64,000 nt of DNA from NCBI GenBank assembly GCA_951406725.2, contig OX597823.1:90458001-90522000 (forward strand), written 5' to 3'. Position numbers and translations under genes: made by a program. Position 1 is the first letter of the stretch, and every line of letters begins with the position of its first letter. This document shows, piece after piece, positions 25,801 through 39,120 of the stretch. This DNA is from Octopus vulgaris. Its lineage: Eukaryota. The notes under the pieces were generated by a model. The model searched no databases, had not been told where the DNA came from, and saw only the letters and a program-made list of their open reading frames with translations.

Positions 25801-26221
25801 ATAAGAAATATTGAATTTCTAAATCTCTCGTAGAGACATGTACGGTGGTGGGGCGATAGAATGGTTGTATACTGTCAATCTAACAAGAAAGTGACAGTAG
25901 GGGGTACACCATCGCTGTATAGCCCTCGGAAGCATCGAACGTCTCCTGATGGCTTTGACACATTTTTCCCTGTGTCCTTATATACATATACGAAGGGGAG
26001 ACAAACACCCCCGGCTGCCGAAACTGCATCTAGGGACACGTGTTTCAGGATCGTTGTCCTTCATCGGCCTAGAGTAGCAGACACCGGTCAACCGGTGATA
26101 TTTGTCTTGACTTCGTAATTGTATATATCTATACTCAGTGAAGTCTATTCACTGATTATCAAAATAAGAAATATTGAATTTCTAAATCTCTCGTAGAGAC
26201 ATGTATGGTGGTGGGGCGATA
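25801..26221 (-). mobile_element. Retrozyme-like unit: 363-bp monomer with 58-bp terminal direct repeat and a hammerhead
   Basis: 25801-25858 repeated at 26164-26221 (1 mismatch); HHR at 26029-26073; flanked by TA repeats. Confidence 0.7.
26029..26073 (-). ncRNA. Type I hammerhead ribozyme, U4C core variant
   Basis: TCTAGG-CCGATGA-AGGA caacga TCCT-GAAA-CACGTG-TC-CCTAGA. Confidence 0.75.
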
Positions 26222-26252
26222 TGTATGTATATATATATATATATATATATAC

Positions 26253-27444
26253 ATGGAAGTAATGGAAGAATTGGTGACGCGCATCCTCGATGATAGTGAT
26301 GCTGTTGACATCGTTTTACTGGACTTTGCCAAAGCTTTTGACTCGGTAAACCACCGCCTATTACTTGTCAAGCTTCAAGCATATAGTTTCCATCCGGATA
26401 TTGTATGATGGGTTGGTGCCTTCCTCTCAGATCGCTCCTTCCAAGTCCAAGTTAATGGTTCGTGGTCCGACGTCTCCTGTGCGAGCAGTGGCGTGCCTCA
26501 AGGTTCAGTGCTTGGGCCCTTGTTGTTCTTAGTCTTCATAAATGACTTGCCCGACGACCTCACGCAACACACCCTTCTATTTGCCGACGATATCAAACTG
26601 GTCGCTCCTCGCGGTAATATAGAGGATCTTCGTTGATGCCTCCACCAAATTTGGAAGTGGTCTAACGATTGGGACCTGTGTCTGAACGTGTCAAAGTGCT
26701 GTCATCTGCCTGTCGGCTCTACTCCTGTAACTCAACTTGATTTCGAGCCGGGTCGTCTGCTGCTGGAGAGGACCGATCAGGTAAAGGACCTAGGTATCTT
26801 GGTGGATTCCTCCTTTTCGCCTTCGGCCCAGTGCGTCCATGCTGCCAACAAAGCATGCGGAATTCTGTTCTTGATTCGACGGTCATTCGGAATGCTCACA
26901 GCAGCCATATTCCTACCACTCTATGTCACGCTGGTGAGACCCATATTGGAGTATGGGATTCAAGCCTCTTCTCCTTATCTCCTCAAAGACATACAGCATC
27001 TCGAAAGAGTCCAGAAGCTGGCTACCCGCATGGTTCATGGTCTCAAAAATTTGTCCTACGAAGAAAGGCTGAGGACGCTCGACCTTTATTCTCTTGAAAA
27101 ACGCCGCCGCCGTAGTGATCTCATTCTCACCCACAACATCATAAGCGGAAAGTGTAACCTCTCGAAACAGCTGTTCTTCACTCCTGCTCCAGAGCGTCGG
27201 CTGCAGGGTCATTCCGAAAAGCTCTACCTGCGACGATTTCATCTCAATCGAAGGAGAGGAGCTTTCTCCATTCGGGTTGCGGATCCGTGGAACAAGCTGC
27301 CAGACGAGATGGTGAAGATGCCGACGACCGCTTTGTTCAAAGCCTCCCTGGACCTCAAGTGGCCTGAACTCTTTACATAAACACCACTCTGTACTTAACT
27401 CCATGTCCCCCTACATGGCCTTGCTATTTGCTTTTGAGCCAAAT

Positions 27445-27457
<13 letters not shown>
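26253..27457 (+). pseudogene. 5'-truncated CR1-type LINE reverse transcriptase
   Basis: LDFAKAFDSVNH, GVPQGSVLGPLLFLVFINDLP, LFADD, LVRPILEYG, LERVQ, WNKLP; two in-frame TGA stops; (TAAC)n tail. Confidence 0.95.
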
Positions 27458-27500
<43 letters not shown>

Positions 27501-27505
<5 letters not shown>

Positions 27506-27710
27506 AATCCCCCCAAAATGAAGAATCCACGGAAAAACAACAATGCAAGGACGAGGTACATGCAAAGTATTAGCAGATGTTCAAGGAAGGAAGGAAAAGT
27601 AGTTTTATGTTTCGAGCAAAGCTCTTTGTCAGAAACAGGAGACGGAAGAAAATCCATGAGAAAAGAAAGACAGAGGACAAAATATCGCCAACGATCCACA
27701 TGTGGTTACA
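27501..27710 (-). mobile_element. Short element with a degenerate hammerhead (27602-27636)
   Basis: GTTT-CTGACAA-A-GAGC ttt GCTC-GAAA-CA-TA-AAAC; homologous to 57049-57250. Confidence 0.6.
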
Positions 27711-28479
27711 TTTTGAAATACAAATATATATATCATCATCATCATCATTATTTAATGTCCAGCATCCATTTTGAGAGGAGCTGGTAAGCTTGAGGACTGT
27801 TCTGAGCTCCATTGTCTGTTTTCACATGATTTCTATGGCTGGATGCTCTTTCTGACACCAACCACTTTACAGAGTGTAATGGGTGCTTTTTGCATAGCAC
27901 CAACACCAGTATTTTTTCTTACTTAATCTTACAGGTGTGTCACTAACAAATGCTGATGTGCTATGTGATGATTATTATGTCAGTGATTATATAATAGTGT
28001 TGAATCATCAAATCTTCAGAGAATATTGTAAATGAATTCAGTACCACATTCAAAATAAGGTTGGTTAATTGTTGGGTAGACATAGCTGTGGCCATGTGGT
28101 TAAGAAGTTTGCTTCCCAAGGATGTGGGTTTGTGTTCAATCCTACCAGTTTGTGTGACAGCCTGGGAAAATGTCTTCTATAGCTCTGAACTGGCCAAAGT
28201 CATGCAGGCAGATCTGGTTGGCAGAACCTGAGGCAAGGTGTCCAACTGCAGCATTTATGGACAAACAGACATTAGAGCTTGATGCAGTCCTCTGGCTCAT
28301 GTGTGTGTGTTGAACCGTCCATTTGGTGTTAGCATGGAAAACAGATGTTTAATGTTGATGATAGTGATGATGATGGTGGTGATGGTGATGATGATGATTA
28401 TGCATATTAATATCTCTTTGCTTTGACATCATACACTGTTGTTTGCTTCTAATATTCTTTCGTGAGTCCACAACTGTAA

Positions 28480-28870
28480 GCTACACCAGTGTTGCATAAC
28501 CAGCCCACTCAAAAGTACCTTGGATCGTAGGGTGACATGCTGTTCTTGAGGAGACCTATTGAGTCAATTACATCAACATCAACAGAAATATCAAAATCAA
28601 ATGAAATAGAAATTGTAGTTCTGCTCCCCGTGCCAGTAGCATGTAAAAAGCACCATCTGATCGTGGTCGATGCTAGCACCTCTGGCCCCTGTGCTGTAAA
28701 AAGCACCCACTACACTCTCAGAGTGGTTGGCATTAGGAAGGGCATCCAGCTGTAAAAACACTGCCAGATAAGACAGGAACCTGGTGCAGCCTCCTGGCTT
28801 CCCAGACCCCGGTCGAACCATCCAACCCATGCTACCATGGAAAACGGACGTTAAATGACGATGATGATAA
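28480..28870 (+). mobile_element. RTE 3' UTR copy
   Basis: Matches 52400-52760 and the inverted copy at 43750-44050. Confidence 0.75.
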
Positions 28871-29116
28871 TCTCTGAAAACATGCTCAGTCATGAGGAAA
28901 TATTACTTTGCTTAGAAACTGAGAAGATTTGTCAATAGGAAGGGCATCCAGCTGTAGAAAATCTTCCTAAGTAGTTTCCATCTGACCCATGCAAGTGTAA
29001 AAAGTGAACATAAAACAATGCTGATCATCATCAGCTCATAACATTCTATTAGCTTATATATATGTATGTATATATGTGTATGTGTGTATGTATGTGTATG
29101 TATGTATGTATGTATG

Positions 29117-29154
<38 letters not shown>

Positions 29155-29373
29155 AACAAACATGCACAAAAGATATATAAACCTCTCAGTTTATATACAT
29201 ATGTGTGTCTATAGATACCTATATATTGACATGTATGTGCGTCTGTGGATGTGTCATAATTCATGTGTTTCTGTATTTGCATATACATTTCTGTATACAG
29301 GTGTGTTTATATAAGTAAATTAGTTATATATGCCTATGTTTATGTTCGGGTCGTGTATGTAAAATATACATAT

Positions 29374-29775
29374 AGGCAAAGGAGTGGCTGTGTGGTAAGT
29401 AGCTTGCTTACCAAACACATGGTTCCGGGTTCAGTCCCACTGTGTGGCATCTTGGGCAAGTGTCTTCTACTATAGCCTCGGACCGACCAAAGTCTTGTTA
29501 GTGGATTTGGTAGGCGGAAACTGAAAGAAGCCCATTGTATATATGTATGTATGTGTGTGTGTGTATGTTTGCTTGCCTGTATTTGTCCCCTGACATTTGA
29601 CAACCGATACTGGTGTGTTTACATCCCCATAACTTAGTGGTTTGGCAAAAGAGACTGATAGAATAAGTACTGGGCTTACAAAGAATAAGTCCTGGGGTCG
29701 ATTTGCTCAACTAAAAGGTAGTGCCCCAGTATGGCTGCAGTCAAATGACTGAAACAAGTAAAAGAATAAAAGAAT
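29374..29775 (+). mobile_element. Full, young family A SINE
   Basis: GGAGTGGCTGTGTGGTAAGTAG..GGTTCCGGGTTCAGTCCC..GACTGAAACAAGTAAAAGAATAAAAGAAT. Confidence 0.9.
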
Positions 29776-29823
29776 ATGTACTCATTTCTGTATCTTGCTA
29801 TCTTTATATACATACATACATAC

Positions 29824-29859
<36 letters not shown>

Positions 29860-30393
29860 ATATAGTGAGAGGGGGGGAGGGAGTGATAGATAAATGCACT
29901 TATAGTACACATCGTTTTTCAGAAAAAAAGTATACAAATAAGAACACAACTATAATTCAATCAGAAGTAAAGTCTAGTGGAGGTAATGTTTCATGGGGAA
30001 AAGTGTTTCTGCTGACAATCTACTTAACTTCCAGGTCACCATTAACATCATCTTCGTAGCCATCATCACTATAAACACCTCCATCAACATCCCCACATGT
30101 CTATAACATCAATACCTGCCACCCTCCAACCATCAGCAACAATAACGTTACCGCTAACACCATTATCATCACCATCATCATCATAGTTATATATTTCATG
30201 AGCTCCTTCGGCTGGAAAACTGTGCCATCTTTTCAGTGTTCACTTATTTGACCTATATATGTATATACACACACATACATAAACACATACAGATACACTC
30301 AAAGGTATACATACATTAAAATATAAAAGCATGCTTATATGTACACACACTTATATACATATGTCTCCTTACATCCACACAGTGATATTTATG

Positions 30394-30434
<41 letters not shown>

Positions 30435-31019
30435 ATATACACGTACATGCATTGTCTCATATATATATGTATATATATACACACATACAGGCATTGTCTC
30501 ATATATATATATATACACACACACATACAAACACACACTCACATGAACTTATGAACACACGTCAGTCTAGCTATATCTATCTATATATGTATATCAAAAT
30601 ACATATGTATACACACATACACATGTGCAGTATACATATGTAATATTTATGCAAAGACCTGAAATATATCAATTCACCATGAAATGGTTTTAGCTTAAAC
30701 AGAGATTTCTCTCCATCTTTACACCCCACCCCACACACCTCTAACAACAACCACCAGTTAAGTTAATTTTCTACTGCAGCAGCAGCAGCAACAGATATCT
30801 CTTAAAACATTACAACTAGAGAACTAGATCCTGTTTCTGCTGAATGGGAAGATCAACTCCACATTTGAGATTAAATATGCATTAAATCATATATATATAT
30901 ATCTGCATATATATACACGTACAAATACAGATATATGCATACATTCACATACATATACACACACTACTTAACTGTATGTATATATGTATATATATATGTA
31001 CATATATATATATTTTTTG

Positions 31020-31530
31020 ATTGATTTGATTTTTGATTTTTCCAGTTTCAGCTCATGAGCTGTGGCCATGCTGGGGCACCGCCATTTGGTTTGCTACATG
31101 ATTTTACCTCACGAATGCTTTTTAGCAACTGCCATTTGGTGCATGAGAGAGTTCGATGCAGCTGCCCTCATCTGCACCTCCTGCCGTGAAGTTGGTTCAT
31201 CCGGGACACCTGACAGGAAGAGATCCAGTCCTACTTTAAAGACATCCGCATCTACACCATGCAGGTCCCTCAGGTTCTTCGGGAGGATATTGAAGAGCTG
31301 TGGGCCTCTGAAGCCCAGGCTATCACAGTATCTTGTCCTACATCTTGATGGCAAATTTGGAGTCCTTGGTACCACGCATTGGTGCCCGGTTCTGGCATTT
31401 GTGTGACTCTCGATGCCAAAGTTTGGGACGAGTCCTTCCAGGATCTTCTAGATATATATTATGGCATATCTTTCTTGCCTACGCTCCAAGGAATAGAGTT
31501 TTAATCTCTTGAGTCTTTCCCAGTAGCTGG
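31020..31530 (-). pseudogene. CR1-type LINE 3' fragment
   Basis: SYWERLKRLKLYSLERRQERY..LEGLVPNFG..FRGPQLFNILPKNLR..FKVGLDLFLSGVPDEP; tail GGTGCCCCAGCATGGCCACAG. Confidence 0.85.
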
Positions 31531-31534
31531 GGCA

Positions 31535-31584
<50 letters not shown>

Positions 31585-31809
31585 TTGTACCTTGGACAGA
31601 CTATAGTTAAGCGCCAGGTTTGGTGATTATACACACACACACACATATATATATATATATGATACATAAATACACATTCATATATTCACACATAAGTATA
31701 TATATACATATATATATATGCATGTATACATATATATATATATATATACATACACATATTTATACTCATTCATATATATATACATTTTTACAGTCACAAC
31801 CCCTATCTC

Positions 31810-31851
<42 letters not shown>

Positions 31852-32499
31852 TAAATACATATATACATAGACATCCATACACACATGCATATATATACAT
31901 ATACGTAAACACACACATGTATATACAGACACACACAAAGAGTCACATAAATGCTGATTGTCCCATCTTGTCTGATGATAGCCATCTCACAGTGAGACAG
32001 GCATGTCATTGGATTTAAGTGAAAAAAGTTTGTATGACACTTTTGTCGTTCTCTTGGACACCATTGCAAAGTTTTGAGTGCACACACTTGCATACATATA
32101 CACATACTTACATACATACACACATGTCTATATATTATTAAAAAAAAATTTTTTGTGGCTGTTGCCAGTACCGCCTGACAGGCCCTCGTGCCAGTGGCAT
32201 GTAAAAGCACCCACTACACTCTTGGAGTGGTTGGCGTTAGGAAGGGCATCCAGCTGTAGAAACTCTGCCAGATTAGACTGGAGCCTGGTGCAGCCATTTG
32301 GTTTGCCAGTCTTCAGTCAAAATCATCCAACCCATGCTAGCATGGAAAGCAGATGTTAAATGATGATGATGATGATTATTATTATTATTATTGTTGTTGA
32401 TATCTATATATATATGTATCCTTAAATCCTTAAAAATGTTTTAGCCCGAAGGCCGCGGCCATGCTGGGGCACCTATATATATATATATATATAAATATA

Positions 32500-32857
32500 T
32501 CATCATCATCATTGTTCGACGGTGGTCGAGACAATGGAATTTACCATGCTACGCCAGACTTCACGGTCCATCATGGCATTATGGAGGTCCTGTTGCTGGA
32601 TGCCTGTATCCCTGGAGATTACATCAGGGTAGGAGAGTGTGCGCCCTCTGGTATTGCGAGTAGATGGCTTCCAGAGGAGAAGAATAGAAATTACCTCTTT
32701 TTCAGCTCTACAACAATGTCCAGCAAACTGGACTCTTCTACCTTTCACAAGAGATGACACAGGTGGTAGTTTCCCATATATTTGCATTTTGGTTGGATGG
32801 TGCTTCCACGAGAGATTTTGAGCTCTCATAAGGAGGCGAGTGTAGGTTCCATCTCAA
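32500..32857 (-). pseudogene. RTE-group LINE C-terminal fragment (second family)
   Basis: DGTYTRLLMRAQNLSWK..RRVQFAGHC..LLLWKP..MMDREVWR; (TGA)n tail. Confidence 0.8.
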
Positions 32858-33225
32858 GCTACCGTGAGGTGTTGGGCCTCATAGAGGCAATGACTAAGAC
32901 CTTTGACATTATTTCGTGCTTGAGAAGACAACCCAATGAGATGAGCAAAATCATAGTCATGGCAGATACTGGTGTCACACAATTGGGACCCATGTTAGTG
33001 GCATGTAAATGCACCCAGGTGTCATGCAACTGGCACATGTGCTGGTGGCATGTAAAAGCACCCATTATACTTTCAGAGTGGTTGGCGTCAGGGAGGGCAC
33101 CTGGCGGTAGAAAACCATGCCAAATTCACTGGATCTTGGTGCAGCCTTCCATCATGCCAGCCTAGTCAAACCATCCAACGCATGCAAGCTTGGTCAATGA
33201 ACGTTAAATGAGGATGATGATGATG
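32858..33225 (+). mobile_element. Decayed RTE 3' end
   Basis: LGLIEAMT motif plus the UTR seen in other copies. Confidence 0.65.
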
Positions 33226-33336
33226 ATATAAACACAGACATATACATACACACACATATATACATTCACATGCATATACATATATAATACATACATAAAC
33301 AAGCATACACACATATATACATTCACAAACGCCTAC

Positions 33337-33367
<31 letters not shown>

Positions 33368-33382
33368 CACATTTACATATAA

Positions 33383-34208
33383 CTGGGGTGGGGCACAATG
33401 AGTAACATTTACTGCATTTTTCTTACAAAAAACTAAATCAGCTGAGCAAATGACTGTCTCTAAATACATTAAAACACGACAACCTTTCAGAACACTATTT
33501 CAGATAATTACCTCAGTTCTCTTAGAGTGTACAAAAGACAGATTTAGGTGGGGAAGAATTACACTTGCAAAAAAAATAATGACTTCCCCTCCCTTCAAAT
33601 ACCTCAGACACATTAACATCTATCCTTAGATGTCAGAAAGATCAGAAATACAACAAAAATATAAAAAAAACAAAAACATATATGTCAAACTGAAAGAGGA
33701 TCATGGAAAAATGGTACAGGATAATCTCAGCATAAAATATTCTTTATAGCATCTTCATAATCTATTGGAGAGGCTCTCTTCTCAATATACTTATGAAGCA
33801 TGCAGTTAAAGAGAATAAATTATTGAAATTAGCCATTATTTATTTGGTTCCACTTTATAGTTTGTTTTTTAAAATTGAAAATTATAAGATTAGACATGGG
33901 TGTGTGAAAAACTTGACTCAGAATCCAACAGAGAAAAGAATTTTGATTCCTAAACACCAAAAATTATCCAGATATTTTATTAGTAACTTCATTTAGAATC
34001 GGGTCAAAGTTGGAAAAAATTTATAGAAAAAAAAAGTACCTGTCACCTGACTGTGTTTCAAACTCTCACAGCTTCAACAACAATGCTGACTAACTTTTAA
34101 TTTTAAAGCACAAAACAACAATGTAATATGTGCAAAATAATAATTCCAAATAAGTAAAAATAAGATAAGGAAAAAAAAAGAAATTACTTATTTTGCCCCA
34201 CCACCCTA
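33383..34208. mobile_element. Non-autonomous DNA transposon with terminal inverted repeats
   Basis: GGTGGGGCACAATGAGTAA (33387-33405) vs TTACTTATTTTGCCCCACC (34184-34202), 17/19 complementary, TA-rich flanks. Confidence 0.55.
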
Positions 34209-34220
34209 TATGTGAGTATG

Positions 34221-34266
<46 letters not shown>

Positions 34267-34269
34267 CTA

Positions 34270-34610
34270 AGACCCCCTTTGGTCATGACTGACCATGGGA
34301 TTGCACCTAGAAAGTTACCCTCCTAGGCACAAGTCCAGGCAAGGTTGTTTATGGAAGACCAGCAGTCATCCATGCATACCAGCCTCCCCACTTCACACCA
34401 CTGATGTTATCCAAGGGAAAGGCAAAGACCGATATGGAATGGCACCATGACGTCGGAACTCATTTCTACAGCTGAGTTAACTGGAGCAAGGTGAAATAAA
34501 GAAATAAAGTGTCTTGCTCAAGAACACAGCACGCAGCCCAGTCCGGGATTTGAACTCACAACCTCATGATCGTAAGCTTGATGCTCTAACCACTGAGCCA
34601 TGTGCTTTCA
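34270..34610 (-). mobile_element. CORE-type tRNA-derived SINE
   Basis: Reverse complement of 46375-46712. Confidence 0.85.
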
Positions 34611-35097
34611 CACACACACACATACACATATTATCATCATCACCATCATTATCGTTTAATGTTCCTCTTCTATGCATGAATGAATAGGATAGTTCACAGG
34701 AATTGGCCTAGTAGAAAAACTACCCTTGGCTACTGTGTCACTTTGGGCAGGGATTTTATGGCTGGATGCCCTTCTTAACACCATCCACCCCACAGAGTGG
34801 ACTCTGTGCTTTTTATGTGGCACTAGCACAGGTGAGGTTAGTTTTGGCATGGTTTTTACAGCTGGATGCCCTACCAAATGCCAACCACAATCCTGTGTGG
34901 ACTCGATGCTTTTAACATGGCACCAGCACTGCAAGGGTCACCATGTAACTTGCAAAACAAGGACTTATGAGAGGGGCAGGGGCATTTGAGGAGGGGAACT
35001 TGTGCCAGAGGATGAAAGATTAGAGGGTGGCAAAGAGACAGAGTGACAAAAGCAAGTGTTTTGCCACTACAGAAGGGGCATTAGAGGAGGTTATTCA

Positions 35098-35138
<41 letters not shown>

Positions 35139-35167
35139 TACACACACACACACAAACATATGTATAC

Positions 35168-35464
35168 ATATATAATTGTTAAAAAGGACAACAAACATTA
35201 AGGCAAGGCAAACATCTCAAGTCATATACATTATTATTATAGGAAATAATTCAGTCTTACCGTTGTTTTGGGGATATTTCATCATCAGAGACAAATGGAG
35301 AAAATGAGAAGAATATGATGTCTCTGATGACTGAATATCCCATACTCTGGGATATCCCAGAAACAGCTGTAAAACTTTGGATTTTTTTCCAATAACAATA
35401 ATATATACAACTTGAGATGTTTGCTTTGCCTTAATGTTTGTTGTCCTCTTTAATAATTATATAT
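35168..35464. mobile_element. Fold-back element with a hammerhead in each arm
   Basis: Inverted arms; plus-strand HHR 35320-35375 GTCT-CTGATGA-[ATATCCCA/TGGGATAT]-GAAA-CAGCTG-TA-AAAC; minus-strand remnant 35254-35292. Confidence 0.75.
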
Positions 35465-35669
35465 CAGAAATCTACAATGGCTCCATAACTACCATCTCGG
35501 TTATAACCTTGGGGCCCTAGTAATCCGTTACTGCACTTACCTAACGTACCTAATTGTTTAGATCACCTGAGAACTAAACCCCCATATTTTGTATACATAT
35601 ATTCACATACATATAGACAAACGTGTGTGTATATGTATACATTCATACACACATATACCTGTATGTGTG

Positions 35670-35724
<55 letters not shown>

Positions 35725-36220
35725 AAGATGAAAGGATGCTTGTGCTATTCAGAATTTTGCTTCGTAACATCAAGGTTTGTGGTTCAATCCCACCTTGGGT
35801 AATTATCTTCTACCAGAACTGTGGACCAAACAATCCTTTTGAATGGATTTGTTTGATGGAAAATGAAAGAAACTTTATGTACGTACACCCACCCATACAC
35901 GTTTGTGTGTGTGGGTGGCTGCATTGCTCTGCATTTCTAAAAGACCTATGGAATAGAGAAATCCTTTGAAAATGGTTAAGAATTGGTAAGAAGAGTATCT
36001 GACCATAAAACCTTTCTGTCCAAAGACATGCTAACAGGGGGAAAATGGACTTTAAGACAAAGGAATGTAGGATATCTATATCTATATGCATATCTACTTT
36101 TATCTATCTCTCTATATATATATACATATCTATCAACCTGTCTATATACATATCTATTTTTATATATACATATCTATGTATGTATGTATGTATGTATGTA
36201 TGTATGTATGTATGTATCTA

Positions 36221-36264
<44 letters not shown>

Positions 36265-37366
36265 CCTACATATATATACATATACACATGCATATCTCTA
36301 TCAATTTCTTCTGCCTTCTCTATCTCTACACACACATATATTTACATACTAACATATCTCTGTGAGTATATATACGCATGTCATGTATATGTATGCCTGA
36401 GAGAATATATGCACATATGTGTTGTGTATACATACATCTCTCCCTCAACTCACTATCTGTCTATCTCCCCGCATTATGTATATAAATAAATATATATATA
36501 TATATATATATACATACACACACACACACACATGCTATCACACACACACACACACGCGCTATCACCTCTATCATCATTAAATTTTATATCTGCTTTTCTC
36601 CGCATCTTTATGTATGGTAAGTATGGCAGGCATAGTGCAACATATCACTTAACAACATCTCATGGAACAGGCTTAAAAACCTCACAATATCATCAATAAC
36701 TGCTTCATTCATGACCTCCAGTAATCAAACCACTTTATTTTATATACACTCACTCTCACCATTCACTGTCAAACATCACTATCCATAACACTTCACTAAA
36801 TTGCCTCAACACTTTCATATCGCCTCAATCTCTGCATTTGACACATATCTGTCTGCCATTTTCTATCATGGTACAATGAAGATTTGTTCTCAGTCAATCA
36901 TTAATTCCACACTTCATGGTTAATATATGATATGCAAGGCAATTCATTTCTCTGTCATTGTTGGAAACCCTTGGAGTTTATTGCCAACTTCTCATTCTCA
37001 TACATATAATATACAAGCTGTGTCTTCCATGGCTGAGGGAAAACTAACTTAACTTCCCCCTGTTTTGTGAGTTGTGGATTTGATAGAGGAAAAGAGGATG
37101 GATCTGAAAATTTTAATAACTTCTTTGAAATTATTTATCAATACTGTTTTTTTCTTTATTTTTTTTTAGTGTGTGTCTTGATAGTATACCAAAATATGTC
37201 TAAGTTTATGTGCAATAAGGGTAGAGCACTTGCAGAAAACAGCGCTGCTTGGAACCACTCGAATACTCTAGAAGATGCTCGAAAAATAAGAGGTGTTACC
37301 TTAGTTCACTGGTAGTGAACAGCTGACACTGTAGTACATCTCCAGCGTTAGAAGCTATGCAAAGGC

Positions 37367-37413
<47 letters not shown>

Positions 37414-37609
37414 TAAGAATAATCCTTTTTACTAAAGGTACATGGCCTGAAATATGTGGGAGGGTGGGGGATAAGTCAATTATATTGACCCCAGTGCATA
37501 AATGACAAAGTTGACCTTGGTGAGATTTGAACTCAGGACCTAAAGACGGACGAAATTTCACTAAGTATTTTGCCCAGTGTGCTAACGATTCTGCCAACTC
37601 ACCACCTTA

Positions 37610-37611
37610 TA

Positions 37612-37646
<35 letters not shown>

Positions 37647-38175
37647 AGATGATGTTGATGATGATGATCATGATGTCAATGACAAGGACTAGGATGATGA
37701 TGATGAGGTGACAGAAAGTTGTGATGGCTATGGTGGTGTGACAATGATGACGATGATGTCAATGACAAAGATTATGATGATGATGGTGATGATGATGAAG
37801 ATAGTGGTGATGATTGTGATCACCAGGAAAATAATGATGTTGACGGTGGCATCAATGATGACAATGATGGTTATGACAGCAATAATGGTGATTGGTGGCA
37901 ATGACAACAATAGCGATGACAATGATAATGATGACGATGATGATGATCATGACGATGTTGGCAATGACGATCATTGTGGTATGCAGAGATTCTACTACAA
38001 CCTACTACTACTACTACTACTATGATGATGATGTAATGATGAAGATGACAATTCTGATGATGATCACGATGATGATGGCAACGACGATCGTTTTGGTATG
38101 CAGAGATGCTGCTACTACTACTACCACTACTACTACTACTACTTCAGCTACGATGATGATGATGATGATGATATT
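37610..38175. repeat. Degenerate (ATG)n/(AAT)n/(CTA)n trinucleotide array
   Basis: Seen directly; includes an internal duplication GGCAA(T/C)GACGATC..GGTATGCAGAGAT. Confidence 0.9.
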
Positions 38176-38773
38176 TATTAAGATGCAATATTGAAGTCTT
38201 CAGCAGTTTTATATACCATACAATATAGTTTTTTTCATCATTTTTCTTTGGGGAATGGGGAAAGAGCTTTCATTAAATCTTTCTTATATCTTTAATATTA
38301 TATTATTATTATTATTATTATGTTTTTTTCTTTGGTATATCTTTATATTTCTCAGGTATTTATTATTATTTTTTGCGTTATTTCTGTTTTTTTTCTTTTT
38401 TAAATTTTGCTATTTTCATTTCTTTCTTTATTTTTCTGGTGGGTGTAAGGTGTCTTGGAGATATAATGCGATGCGGAAGTTAGTTAAAAGGTGCATATAG
38501 ATTTACAAGAAAATGGGTGGGGGTTGGAAGGTTGGGAGGGGGTTGGGGGTAGGCAGTTGTGGGACAGGAGGAGTGCCGATGATGATGATGATGACGACGA
38601 CGACGACGATGATGGTGGTGGTGATGACTTTAAGGAAGGTTGGTGTATGGAGACGAGAGAGAAGAGGCAAGAAAACCTGAGAAAAAGGTAAAAAAAAAGA
38701 AACAACAACAATAATAACGTGTGTGTATGCATATGTACAGGTGTGTGTGTGTTTATATCAATACATATATATA

Positions 38774-38818
<45 letters not shown>

Positions 38819-38865
38819 CAATATATATACATACACAAATATAACAAATATAAATGATAGATAAG

Positions 38866-38901
<36 letters not shown>

Positions 38902-39020
38902 TAATACTGAAAAATATAAAAATTAAAAAAAAGCACATGCACCATGCATACACAGACACATGTTCAAATATATGCACACACACACACACACAGAGGAAAA
39001 CAAATAACAAGAAGTAAAAA

Positions 39021-39120
39021 NNNNNNNNNNNNNNNNNNNNNNNNNNNNNNNNNNNNNNNNNNNNNNNNNNNNNNNNNNNNNNNNNNNNNNNNNNNNNNNN
39101 NNNNNNNNNNNNNNNNNNNN
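39021..39120. other. Assembly gap (100 N)
   Basis: Run of N. Confidence 1.

Noticed and set aside
25940-26035. Plus-strand CTGATGG...GCCGAAACTGCATC as a second hammerhead
   Set aside because: Core is incomplete and helices are poorly paired; only the minus-strand motif is supported
36640-36990. Possible very old RTE RT fragment on the minus strand
   Set aside because: Only scattered residues match; cannot be supported
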